Assembly: GCA_963674945.2 (NCBI GenBank)
Contig: CAXXWQ010000004.1
Coordinates: 704,001-768,000, forward strand
Origin: an uncultured Desulfosarcina sp.
GTDB taxonomy: Bacteria; Desulfobacterota; Desulfobacteria; Desulfobacterales; Desulfosarcinaceae
Direction of reading: 5' to 3'
Length of the DNA: 64,000 bases
Shown here: in pieces, positions 9,315 through 19,011 of the stretch
Position numbering within the stretch: position 1 is the first letter of the stretch
How the letters are laid out: each line of letters starts with the position of its first letter
The notes under the pieces: model-generated
Database searches by the model: none
What the model saw: only the letters and a program-made list of their open reading frames with translations
What the model was told of the DNA's origin: nothing
Made by a program: the position numbers and the translations under genes

Positions 9315-11666
9315 ATGACCCAGAAGAACGTATCTGCTGAAGTTGACGACTCATATCTAAATGACGCGTCGTTTTTGGAAAAATTTCTCTTTTCCAAACG
9401 TCCACTGGTAATGGCGGTCTATATCATCTTTACGATCTTTTTCGGCTATCAGACATTTCAGATGAGGCCCCAGGCCAGCTTCCTAAGAATGATTCCCACC
9501 TATCATCCTTTCATCAAAAATTATCTCGAATACCAGGATGAACTCAAGGAGATGGGCAACGTTGTCCGTATTTGCGTCGAAACGACCGAGGGGACGATTG
9601 TTTCCCAGGAATATCTCGAAGTGTTGAGAAAAATAACCGACGAAGTCTTTTATATTTCCGGTGTAAACCGGGCGGGATTGAAATCCCTGTGGACATCGAA
9701 TACCCGATGGCAAGAGGTGACCGAGCAGGGGTTTAAAGGGGATGTCGTCATCCCCGTCACCTTCTCCGGGACACCGGAAGACTTGCAACAGGTCCAGAGG
9801 AATATCTTAAAGGCCAATATTGTGGGAAGTCTGGTGGCAAACGATTTTAAGTCCAGTATTGTCCTGGTGCCTCTTCATGATATTGATCCGGAAACGAGAA
9901 AACCACTCGACTATCGTAATTTCTCGGAAAAAATAGAGGAAATTAGAACCAAGTTTCAGAATGACCATATCAAGATCCACATCACCGGATTTGCCAAAAT
10001 CGTGGGAGACCTCATCGATGGTTCCGCTCGAATTCTGCTGTTTTTTTTCATCGCCTTTGTGATTCTGCTGCTTTTGCTGTGGTGGAGTTCTCGGTGCCCG
10101 AAAAACACGGCCGTTAGGGCGATCTCCTCACTTACGGCGGTACTCTGGCAGTTGGGGATCATGAGGCTCTGCGGATACGGGTTGAATCCATATTCGATGC
10201 TGGTGCCTTTTCTCATGTTCGCTTTAGTCGTCAGCCACGGCATGCAGATGTTCAACGCCATGGGTTTGGAAATGATCGCCGGTTCGGACAAAGTGAAGGC
10301 GGCACGGTTGGGCTTTCGCCAGATTTTCACGCCAGGTCTGGCCGCGCTGTTTACCGACTTTATCGGTTTTGCCACCCTGTTGGTGATTCAGATCGGCGTA
10401 ATTCAGGACATTGCCGTCGGGGCAAGCATCGGCGTGGCCGTGGTGGCCATTACCAATCTGATATTTCTGCCTGTGTTGATGTCGTATTCCGGCATCAGTG
10501 ATAGAACCATAAAAAGGATGGAAAAAGCGAACGCCTCGACAGACCACCCCGTATGGACTTTTTTGACCCGATTCAGCGAGACGAAATGGGCCTATGGTAC
10601 GGTGGTGACGGCCGTCATCTTTCTGGTGGTCGGCATTTACCTCATGCAGGGTTTGAAAGTCGGTGACCTGGACCCCGGGGCCCCTGAATTGCGGCCGGAT
10701 TCCCGCTACAACAAGGACAACGCCTATATGAACGACCATTACTCATCCAGCAGTGATGTGTTCGTGGTGTTGCTCAAAGCCCCCGAAAGAGGTGTCAGCA
10801 GCTATCGGGCGATCGTGCTCACCGATATGCTGGACAAGAAGCTGACCCATGATGTTAAGGGCGTACAAGACGTTGTAAGCTTCACGGATGCGATGAAGGG
10901 CATGAATGCCGGTTTTATGGAAGGATTCCCGAAATGGATCGCTATCCCCAGAAGCGAGGTGCAACGTAACTTTTTACCTCATTTCATGCCGGAAATGTTT
11001 TACCAGCGTGAAGGTGCCTTTTCTCCCATTCTTGTCTTTTTGCATGACCATGAGGCTGACACCCTGGAACGGGTGGTGAATGCCATTGATGAATTTGCCG
11101 AAGAGTACAATACGGAGACCGTTCAGTTTCTCATGGGCGCCGGTAACGGAGGTATCGAGGCGGCCACCAATGTTGAGGTGGAAAAGGCGCTCATGAAATT
11201 GACCATTTTGGTATATTCAGTGGTGTTTTTCGTATGCCTTCTTACCTACCGAAATTTCAAGGCGGCCATATGCGTTGTTACGCCTCTGGCACTCACCTCG
11301 GTTCTATGCGAAGCTCTCATGGCCCAAATGGGTATCGGGATCAAGGTCGCCACGTTGCCCGTCGTTGCCGTGGGGGTTGGTATCGGTGTGGACTATGGTA
11401 TCTATATCTATAACAAGCTTGTTTATTACCGGGAAGAGCGTGGGCATAAATTGACACCGGCTTTCTACCGGACCCTGAACACAACAGGAAGAGCCGTCTC
11501 TTTTACCGGTATTACACTGTCCATCGGCGTCGCCACATGGGCCTTTTCACCCATCAAATTCCAGGCAGATATGGGATTTTTGTTGACCTTCATGTTTCTG
11601 TGGAACATGGTTGGTGCCATGGTGCTTTTGCCTGCCATTGCAAGAATTCTATGGAAGAAAAGGTAG
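9315..11666 (+). CDS. RND/MMPL-family inner-membrane transporter
   Basis: Two TM clusters separated by periplasmic loops. GVGIGVDYGIY, TGRAV and FSPIKFQADMG motifs. Confidence 0.9.
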   Translation: MTQKNVSAEVDDSYLNDASFLEKFLFSKRPLVMAVYIIFTIFFGYQTFQMRPQASFLRMIPTYHPFIKNYLEYQDELKEMGNVVRICVETTEGTIVSQEYLEVLRKITDEVFYISGVNRAGLKSLWTSNTRWQEVTEQGFKGDVVIPVTFSGTPEDLQQVQRNILKANIVGSLVANDFKSSIVLVPLHDIDPETRKPLDYRNFSEKIEEIRTKFQNDHIKIHITGFAKIVGDLIDGSARILLFFFIAFVILLLLLWWSSRCPKNTAVRAISSLTAVLWQLGIMRLCGYGLNPYSMLVPFLMFALVVSHGMQMFNAMGLEMIAGSDKVKAARLGFRQIFTPGLAALFTDFIGFATLLVIQIGVIQDIAVGASIGVAVVAITNLIFLPVLMSYSGISDRTIKRMEKANASTDHPVWTFLTRFSETKWAYGTVVTAVIFLVVGIYLMQGLKVGDLDPGAPELRPDSRYNKDNAYMNDHYSSSSDVFVVLLKAPERGVSSYRAIVLTDMLDKKLTHDVKGVQDVVSFTDAMKGMNAGFMEGFPKWIAIPRSEVQRNFLPHFMPEMFYQREGAFSPILVFLHDHEADTLERVVNAIDEFAEEYNTETVQFLMGAGNGGIEAATNVEVEKALMKLTILVYSVVFFVCLLTYRNFKAAICVVTPLALTSVLCEALMAQMGIGIKVATLPVVAVGVGIGVDYGIYIYNKLVYYREERGHKLTPAFYRTLNTTGRAVSFTGITLSIGVATWAFSPIKFQADMGFLLTFMFLWNMVGAMVLLPAIARILWKKR

Positions 11667-11762
11667 TTTCTTGGTATGGTTGGGATGTTCAACTACAATA
11701 TCGCCACTATAGTTGCTTGGCATCTTAAAAGCAAAATGCAATAAGGCAGAAGGAGGCTTGAC

Positions 11763-12254
11763 ATGTTGGGTTTCAAAAAAATCCTATTCCCTACCGATCT
11801 TACCGGAATAGGAACTACAATTATTCCCCATTTGAAAACAATCGCCGATCAATTTGGAGCCGAAGTCCGGCTGATGTACATTGCCAAAGTGAATGAATAT
11901 CATGTGGAGGGTGAGGAACCGGGAGATAGCATCAAGAAGAAAGTTGAAGAATTCAAAAACGAACACTTCAAAGATATTTCCAATATTCAGGTTGTTGTTG
12001 CGGACGGAGATCCTGCGGATGAAATTCTAAGCTATGTCGAAGCCGAAGACATGGACTTGGTTATCATTCCCACACGGGGACGTTCAGCCCTGGACAAGGC
12101 CCTTTTCGGATCCGTGGCCGCTAAAATTGCAAGGATCGCACCGGCCCCGGTGCTTCTTGTCAATCCCTTTAATGATAAATTTATTCGTCCGGAAATGCGT
12201 GATTTCTGTCTTCAGAGCGATGAAAAAAAATGCCGGGACTTGGAAAAGAAGTAA
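11763..12254 (+). CDS. Universal stress protein (UspA family)
   Basis: KKILFPTD, GDPADEI and DLVIIPTRGRS...LFGSVA motifs. Confidence 0.9.
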   Translation: MLGFKKILFPTDLTGIGTTIIPHLKTIADQFGAEVRLMYIAKVNEYHVEGEEPGDSIKKKVEEFKNEHFKDISNIQVVVADGDPADEILSYVEAEDMDLVIIPTRGRSALDKALFGSVAAKIARIAPAPVLLVNPFNDKFIRPEMRDFCLQSDEKKCRDLEKK

Positions 12255-12429
12255 TCTTGGCGCCAGTTCCCGGAATTTATGGACAATTGGCCAAAGCCCC
12301 ATTGTTCGAACGGATCTGGCCGCTGGATTGATCGGCAGAGGACCAAACATTGCTCTTTAGACGACTGCCAGCTTCGTTTTCAACATCGTTGGGAAACTGG
12401 CGGTGATTGCCAGGATGACATAACCATGG

Positions 12430-12540
12430 AGGTGCTCTTCAAAAATGGAGAGCACCTTTTCATTGGCAGGTAGGCTTCCGCCTTGCATGACGAGTGGGTC
12501 GATCTGCGCGTATACCCGCCTGCTCAAATCGCCGGGATGA
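12430..12540 (-). pseudogene. Short degraded transposase remnant (ISNCY/IS5-like)
   Basis: Minus strand reads LSRRVYAQIDPLVMQGGSLPANEKVLSIFEEH, which resembles the 'GE.vP..EK..SIFE.H' transposase block. No intact ORF. Confidence 0.5.
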
Positions 12541-12642
12541 TTGATTGGATGTGTTCAAACAGGGTGCTTCGCGCCCGGTTTGAACCGTAACGATGGAAAC
12601 ACCGAATACAAAGGAAAACGCCGTTTTATTGTCCTCGCATTT

Positions 12643-13971
12643 TTACTCTTGCGTTCTCCCCACCGCTCTTTCCAGATCGGCAATGGCGATCATATACCCA
12701 TACAACGCCTGTAAATAATTTGAATCGGCCTGTGAATGAAAGGTTCTGGCATCCAACACGTCCGTTGAAGTTGCCACCTGCTGTTGAAATTGTAGCTTTG
12801 TCATTCGCCAGTTTTCACGGGCTTGCGCCAATGCACTTTTCGCCGTTGCAATGTTCCGCTCCGCGACCTTTGCTTGCAGGTAGGCGTTCTCCACTTCAAG
12901 GGTGATCCCGTCTTCTGCCAATTTCAGCTGCTCTTGAACGGCAGACTTCTGGCTTGCGTTCTTTTTTACGCTGTAAACATTTCGTCCCCATTGGAACAAG
13001 TTCCATTTCGCCTGTACCGAAACCAAGGAATTATATTGATTATTGTAATCATTTTCGTTTGCCAATAAGTCCTCACCCCTTTGTTGATACTGGCCAATAA
13101 GCGCTATCTGAGGAAAATACTCGCTTTTTGCAATTTTCACCTGACGATCCAGGATTTTTAAATGTACCCGCACCGCCAACAACTCGGGACGGTTTTCGAG
13201 TGCTTCCAAAATAAGCTCGTTCTTGAACAGATTAAGCGGGGTTACCGTATCGATGTCCTGTAATCGTAGCTCTCTATCCAACTCATAATTCAGCAATAGG
13301 TTCAACTGCGATGCGGCCAGTTTGCGATGCCCCAGGGCGCTGGTTTTCTGCTGTTCTGCATTTGCCAGCGCCACTTGGGCCCGCAGGAGGTCGTTTTGCG
13401 GAATCAGTCCCTGGTCATAATATTTTTGTGCATCTTCTTTATGGGCGGTAAGAGCCTCGACCGCCTCTTCGGCCACAGTCGATATCTTTTTTGCCAAAAG
13501 GACATTGTAATACGCCTTTTTCGTATCACGTGTTATATCCTGAATGGTAATTTCCTTGGCTAATTCCTTTGCTTCGATCCCGATTTTTGCGGTTTTATAC
13601 CCGTGATAGATGCCGAGATGAAACAAGGGTTGGGTCACTGTGACATCCCATTGAATATCTTGCTTTCCGTAAACGTTAACCGTTTGTCCATCGAAAGATT
13701 GATATGGGGTCTCACTCATCGCTGTCGCACCGTAGCTAGCCGAAACCTGTGGCAACATATAGGTCCGAGCGCTCTTCATTTCGTAATCCGCCCCCTTTAC
13801 TTCGTCTTCCGCGGCTTTAATACGATAGCTTTGTTCCCTTGCAATTTTTATCGCTTCGGATAGTGTCAATGGTATTGTATCCTTGTTTTCTTTCGCAGTT
13901 GATGGATGTGGCATGCCGCCGAGGATAAGAACAAAAAGTAAAATTAGTGTATAAAAACATTTCTTTCTCAT
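12643..13971 (-). CDS. TolC-family outer-membrane efflux protein
   Basis: Signal peptide. LTLSEAI, TQPLF, AYYNVL, DLLRAQ, NRPEL and TDVLDA repeats. Confidence 0.9.
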   Translation of the reverse strand: MRKKCFYTLILLFVLILGGMPHPSTAKENKDTIPLTLSEAIKIAREQSYRIKAAEDEVKGADYEMKSARTYMLPQVSASYGATAMSETPYQSFDGQTVNVYGKQDIQWDVTVTQPLFHLGIYHGYKTAKIGIEAKELAKEITIQDITRDTKKAYYNVLLAKKISTVAEEAVEALTAHKEDAQKYYDQGLIPQNDLLRAQVALANAEQQKTSALGHRKLAASQLNLLLNYELDRELRLQDIDTVTPLNLFKNELILEALENRPELLAVRVHLKILDRQVKIAKSEYFPQIALIGQYQQRGEDLLANENDYNNQYNSLVSVQAKWNLFQWGRNVYSVKKNASQKSAVQEQLKLAEDGITLEVENAYLQAKVAERNIATAKSALAQARENWRMTKLQFQQQVATSTDVLDARTFHSQADSNYLQALYGYMIAIADLERAVGRTQE

Positions 13972-14024
13972 GGAAATAAACCCTTATTGAAATGATATGG
14001 ATTGTGACCGCTCACGACAGATAT

Positions 14025-17000
14025 CTATTCGCTTTTAACTTTAAAAAGTATTGAATACAAAACAGGTGCAATGATCAGCGTCAGGACCGTTCCGAATGCA
14101 AGCCCGGACATGATGGTAATGCTCATCCCCACATAAAACGGGTCCTTGAGAAGAGGTATCATTCCCAGAATCGTTGTTAACGATGCCATGAGAACCGGTC
14201 TGAAACGACTTACCGATGCGTCTAAAATAGCCGTATATCTGCGTTTTCCGGATTGTATGTCGATATCGATCTGGTCAAGAAGCACAACGACGTTTTTGAT
14301 CAGCATGCCTGACAATCCAAGAAAACCCAGAATACACATAAATCCGAAGGGCTCTCCTGTAGCAAGTAGTCCGGCGGTTACGCCAATTGTTGCCAGCGGA
14401 AGGCACAGGAACACGATTATCGTCTGTCTGAGTGCATTGAAGAGCATTATGACAACAAAGACCATTGCCATGCCGAATATGGGTACCATTCTAAAAAGCG
14501 ACGCCTGCGCATTTGTAGAGTTTTCATATTCTCCGCCCCATTCAATCGTGTATCCTGCCGGCAGCTCCATAGATTCAATTTTCGGTCTCAACCGGTTGAA
14601 GAGCGCACTCGCATTGCCGGTGAGTTGATCACATTTAACGGTAATCGTCCGCATGCGGTTCCTTCTTCTGACAATGGGATCCTCCCAAGTGGATTCTATT
14701 GATGAAACAACCTGTTTTAGCGGAACGACACCACCTGCAACAGGACTGATAAGCTGAACATCGTGAAGTGTCTCAACGGATTTTCTCTCCTCTTCCGGAA
14801 GTCGCATGATAATGGGCATAAGGGTGTTTTCCTCACGATACAGCCCGATGGTCTTGCCCGAAAAAGATGCGGACAGGGAGTCTGCAACCATTGGTCTCGA
14901 AATGCCGAGGCGTCTTGCAGCAGCATCATTCACGATCGGCCGAAGAACCAGTACTCTCTGTCTCCAGTCATCGTGTAGATTAATGGCGTTCTTATCCAAC
15001 GCCATAATCTGTTTTGCCTGCTCTGACAGTCCCCTTAAAACATCAGGATCATCTCCTTTAAACCGCACTTCAATATTCGCGCCCCCTCCCGGCCCGTAAA
15101 CAAGTCTCTGGAATTTTGTTTCTGCTTCCGGAAAATTACTTGCCATATAGGGTCTCAATCGATCGATCAAGCCATCGATCATCTCAAAATTTTTTACATT
15201 CACCACCAATTGGCCGTAGCTTGTGGACGGCATTTCAGGCTCGTATGTATGAAGGAATCGCAAAGCGCCCTGCCCCACAAAGGTTGCGACGGATTCCACC
15301 TCATCAAATGTCGCAAGATACTTTTCAATTTCTTTCAAGTCGTCTGAAGTCGTCTGGATGTGTGTACCTTCTGTTTTCCAGTAGTCAATTAAAAACATGG
15401 GGGTTTTCGAATTGGGGAAAAAACTGTTTTCAATGCGGGTAAACCCATAAAAGGAAACAATCAGCACGATCAACAGGGCAGCGCACGTAATGATCCTGTT
15501 GCGAAGACAGATGTCGAGGAATCTTCTATAGGACGTGAAAAAAAAGCCATCATACGCATCTTTTGTATTGGATTTTGGTTTGGGTAAATATCGGATGCAA
15601 AACAACGGTGTAATCGTGATCGCCAGAATCCAGCTTAATCCGAGCGAAACAGCCGGTACGGTAAAAAGACTGTTTAAGATTTCTCCGATTTCATCTTTTG
15701 AAGTCCCGATGGCGGCAAACGCCAGTATGGCCACGAGAGTTGCGCCCAAAAGGGGCCATGCCGTCTGTGAAACCGTTTCCATGGCTGCCTTTTTTTTGGG
15801 AACCCCTTTTTGAACCTGCACCAGGATACCTTCCGTGACGACGATCGCGTTATCCACCAGCATCCCCAATGACAGGATCAACGCCCCCAGAGAGATGAGC
15901 TGGAAACTGACACCCATTACATTCATGGCCATGAAGGTCCCCAGGATCGTAACGAGCAGGATCCCTCCCATTATCGCCCCACTGTAAAACCCCATGGAGA
16001 TGAAAAGAACAACATTGACAATAACGATCGCCTGGATCAAATTCATGATGAATGTCTTAATGGATTTCGTAACGACCTCCGACTGGTAGTAGATGTTACC
16101 AATCTCCATTCCAGGAGGTGTTTTTGATTCCAGAGATGTAATCTTTTTCTTTACTGCCTTGCCCATCTCCACCACGTTGCCATTGGCTGTTGTGGAAATC
16201 CCCAGTCCCAGCGAAGGCTTGCCATTGTAACGCATCAACCATCTCGGTGGATCTGCATACGCCTTTTTTATCTGCATAACATCTTTAAGATAGATGAGAT
16301 TTCCCGATCGACTGCTGCGGATGACGAGTTCTTCCATATCTTTCACGGATGCAAAAGTGCCGGTGGGATTCAGGCGCACATAGTCGTCTCCCACTTTGAC
16401 ACTGCCGGATGGTGTCACCTGCCCCTGCAGATTAATCGTCTGCAGGATATCCTGAATGGAGAAACCCAGTGCTTTCATTCTCGACTTTGAAACTTCAGCA
16501 TAGACAACCTCCTGCTGGTCTCCCCATATCTCGACACTGGCCACGTTTTTGACAAGCAGCAGCTCCTTTTTGAGCATATCCGCATAGTCTTTTATCTCTT
16601 CATAGGTATACCCTTCGCCTGTAATACCAAAAAAAACGCCATATACGTCACCATGGTCATCATTTACAATGGATGGTCCGGATCTAGGAGGAAGCCGAAC
16701 CTGTGCATCCGAGACCTTTCGCCTCAGTTCATCCCATATTTGCGGGACCTGTGCATTAAGATAATCGTCCTTGATTTCGACGAATATATGGGAAATGCCG
16801 GCTTTTGAGATGGACCAGACATTATCTATCTGTGCAAGTTTTTGGATGGCGGTTTCCAATGGATCGGTAATTTCCTGCTCCACCTCCAGCGGTGAGGCGC
16901 CGGGATATGTCGTGGAAACGACGGCCAGTCGAATCACGAATTCGGGAAATTCCAACTTCCCCAATTTCTGATACGAAATGAATCCCCCTACAATCAACAC

Positions 17001-17057
17001 CAAGACAAAGATGTAAGAAATCGTCTTTTTCTCTAACACCCATTCAGTAAGCTTCAT
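14025..17057 (-). CDS. AcrB/AcrD/AcrF-family RND efflux transporter
   Basis: YPGASPLEVEQEIT, GMLVDNAIVV and SRFRPVLMASLTTILGMIPL motifs; 1010 aa. Confidence 0.95.
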   Translation of the reverse strand: MKLTEWVLEKKTISYIFVLVLIVGGFISYQKLGKLEFPEFVIRLAVVSTTYPGASPLEVEQEITDPLETAIQKLAQIDNVWSISKAGISHIFVEIKDDYLNAQVPQIWDELRRKVSDAQVRLPPRSGPSIVNDDHGDVYGVFFGITGEGYTYEEIKDYADMLKKELLLVKNVASVEIWGDQQEVVYAEVSKSRMKALGFSIQDILQTINLQGQVTPSGSVKVGDDYVRLNPTGTFASVKDMEELVIRSSRSGNLIYLKDVMQIKKAYADPPRWLMRYNGKPSLGLGISTTANGNVVEMGKAVKKKITSLESKTPPGMEIGNIYYQSEVVTKSIKTFIMNLIQAIVIVNVVLFISMGFYSGAIMGGILLVTILGTFMAMNVMGVSFQLISLGALILSLGMLVDNAIVVTEGILVQVQKGVPKKKAAMETVSQTAWPLLGATLVAILAFAAIGTSKDEIGEILNSLFTVPAVSLGLSWILAITITPLFCIRYLPKPKSNTKDAYDGFFFTSYRRFLDICLRNRIITCAALLIVLIVSFYGFTRIENSFFPNSKTPMFLIDYWKTEGTHIQTTSDDLKEIEKYLATFDEVESVATFVGQGALRFLHTYEPEMPSTSYGQLVVNVKNFEMIDGLIDRLRPYMASNFPEAETKFQRLVYGPGGGANIEVRFKGDDPDVLRGLSEQAKQIMALDKNAINLHDDWRQRVLVLRPIVNDAAARRLGISRPMVADSLSASFSGKTIGLYREENTLMPIIMRLPEEERKSVETLHDVQLISPVAGGVVPLKQVVSSIESTWEDPIVRRRNRMRTITVKCDQLTGNASALFNRLRPKIESMELPAGYTIEWGGEYENSTNAQASLFRMVPIFGMAMVFVVIMLFNALRQTIIVFLCLPLATIGVTAGLLATGEPFGFMCILGFLGLSGMLIKNVVVLLDQIDIDIQSGKRRYTAILDASVSRFRPVLMASLTTILGMIPLLKDPFYVGMSITIMSGLAFGTVLTLIIAPVLYSILFKVKSE

Positions 17058-17077
17058 TGCGACTCCTTTGATTTGCC

Positions 17078-18364
17078 CTATTTCATCAGCCGGACGTGCT
17101 GGCCTTCCCGCAAGAATCTGGCGCCGGCGGTTACAATCATGTCTCCTTCATCCAACTCGGATTCAATTCGAATCAAGTCGCCATAAAGCTCTCCTTGCTT
17201 CACAGAGGTTTTATGTATCGTCATTTTCTCCGGATCGATTTTCCAAACACTCGGCGTTCCGGCTGGATCTGAAAAAACGGCCGCAAGGGGTATGAGAAAT
17301 CCTTGGCTTTCACGATCACTGGTTTTCACATCAACAAATACATCGGCCGCCATGCCGGGACGAACTGTCATATCATCCGGGATATTCATGACAACCGTCA
17401 GAGGATAGCTCTGCGTTGAATCGGTGGTGTTCAGGCCAATCTCTTTAAATTGTGCATCAAAGACGCGATCGGGCAACGAAGGCAGTTTGCAGTAATATCT
17501 GACAACGGCGTCCTTATGGATAAGCAGCTCTTCCGGAATAGAGATGGTAATTTCCACTTGCCGGAAATCAAGAATCGAAACGATGGGCTGACCCGGGCCC
17601 ACTGTTTCAAAATTTTCAACAAACTTTTTATTCACGACACCATCGAAAGGGGCTTTAAGTTTTGTATCTTCAAGCATATTTTTTGCAGACCGCAGTTCAA
17701 CATGAAGACCTTTGATTTTTGCCTCCATGGCCTCTATTTCTTCTGGTCTCGCTCCGGTTCTTGCCTTCTCCAAGGACTTCTCGGCGGCCGCCACGCCTGC
17801 TTTTGCAAGTTCATAGCCTGTTTTCGCACGGTCAAACGCAGATCCAGCCGCGGCTTTTTGTTCATGTAATGCTTCAAACCGCTTATAATTCGCCGCTGCT
17901 TCCGCAAGCTGGGCTTGAGCCGCTGCAAGTTGCGACTCGAGAAGTGCGATATCCTCTTTTCTTGCACCTTTACGCATGGCTTTAAGTCCGATCTTCGCTT
18001 CGGATAGTCCGGCCTCAATGCGCGCGATGGCGATTTCATAATCTCTGGGATCGATTTGCGCCAGTATATCCCCTTCTTTGACCTTTTGACCGATATTCAC
18101 ATCAAAGGAAATCAGGGGGCCACCTACTCTGAACGCCAGTTTGGATTCTTTGGCAGCCTTCACGACACCGGGAAAAGATCGGGTTTTATAAGATGGCAGA
18201 CTTGAGAGCTTTTTTGCTTTTACGGGTCTTACAGAAATCCTTTCTATACTTTCTTTATGATTTTGAGGATTTGTCAATCCCATGATCCCGAATCCGCTCA
18301 GTAACACAATCCCCACTATTGCGACGGTGATAAGGATGCTTTTAATGCCAAGCTTTATCTTCAT
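17078..18364 (-). CDS. RND efflux periplasmic adaptor (MFP)
   Basis: N-terminal TM helix, LAFRVGG, GQKVKEGDILAQID, long coiled coil, LKAPFDG and PGM motifs. Confidence 0.92.
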   Translation of the reverse strand: MKIKLGIKSILITVAIVGIVLLSGFGIMGLTNPQNHKESIERISVRPVKAKKLSSLPSYKTRSFPGVVKAAKESKLAFRVGGPLISFDVNIGQKVKEGDILAQIDPRDYEIAIARIEAGLSEAKIGLKAMRKGARKEDIALLESQLAAAQAQLAEAAANYKRFEALHEQKAAAGSAFDRAKTGYELAKAGVAAAEKSLEKARTGARPEEIEAMEAKIKGLHVELRSAKNMLEDTKLKAPFDGVVNKKFVENFETVGPGQPIVSILDFRQVEITISIPEELLIHKDAVVRYYCKLPSLPDRVFDAQFKEIGLNTTDSTQSYPLTVVMNIPDDMTVRPGMAADVFVDVKTSDRESQGFLIPLAAVFSDPAGTPSVWKIDPEKMTIHKTSVKQGELYGDLIRIESELDEGDMIVTAGARFLREGQHVRLMK

Positions 18365-18495
18365 TTATTTTTCTCCTCGTAATAACTTTTCACACAACGA
18401 TACTGCAAGTTGCGATAATGAGAAATGTTTTAACCAATCGGCACCGTTTTATATGAATCCGTTTTTTGACATATGATTTGATGTGCTGTCATGAT

Positions 18496-18786
18496 TTACT
18501 CCTTTTTCTCTACTGAGAGTTCTTTGCATACAATGTGATGAATTCGCCCGAACCTTTCCAGCAAGGCAACCAGATGCAATCCAAAGATACTTTTTGCATT
18601 TTCATCGCCTTTTTGCCACTGGATAAGGATTCTAAGGTCATTATCCAGAAAAATATCCTGCAAAAGTTTTACTGCTTTGATCCCTTTATTGAATTTCGGA
18701 AAATTGAGTTGGGAGAATACGCTCATCGCTTCCTCCCTATCTTTCCGATTGAACAAGCGGATATGGATAATTTCATACCATTCCAT
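18496..18786 (-). CDS. Small hypothetical protein (96 aa), first gene of the efflux unit
   Basis: SD GAAGGAGG before MEWYEII. Lies just downstream of a sigma54 promoter. Confidence 0.7.
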   Translation of the reverse strand: MEWYEIIHIRLFNRKDREEAMSVFSQLNFPKFNKGIKAVKLLQDIFLDNDLRILIQWQKGDENAKSIFGLHLVALLERFGRIHHIVCKELSVEKKE

Positions 18787-18836
18787 CTGGTCCTCCTTCG
18801 AAATACGATCAAAAGTATACGGCACGATTTTTACTC

Positions 18837-18852
18837 AGCAAACCTCATGCCA
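18837..18852 (-). promoter_or_regulatory. Sigma54 promoter of the hypothetical-MFP-RND-TolC unit
   Basis: Minus strand TGGCAT-GAGGT-TTGCT. The adjacent divergent gene is a sigma54 activator. Confidence 0.8.
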
Positions 18853-18901
18853 CATTAATATCCTTTTATTTCAATTTGTTAAAAATGGACACCATTGAAT
18901 T

Positions 18902-18917
18902 CTGTTAATTTTAACAG
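18902..18917. promoter_or_regulatory. Palindrome, candidate activator binding site
   Basis: CTGTTAA-TT-TTAACAG, 50 bp upstream of the -24 box. Confidence 0.4.
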
Positions 18918-19011
18918 TTTTAGCTGTTATACTTGACGGATAAGGATAGGGGCTGTTATATATGATAGAATAAAAAGGATAACGGATTGCACATAGGAAA
19001 AAACAAATCAC

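Noticed and set aside
11718..11733. Possible sigma54 promoter before the USP gene (TGGCATCTTAAAAGCA)
   Set aside because: The spacing fits but the TT before GC is absent, and it is very close to the SD. Too weak to call.
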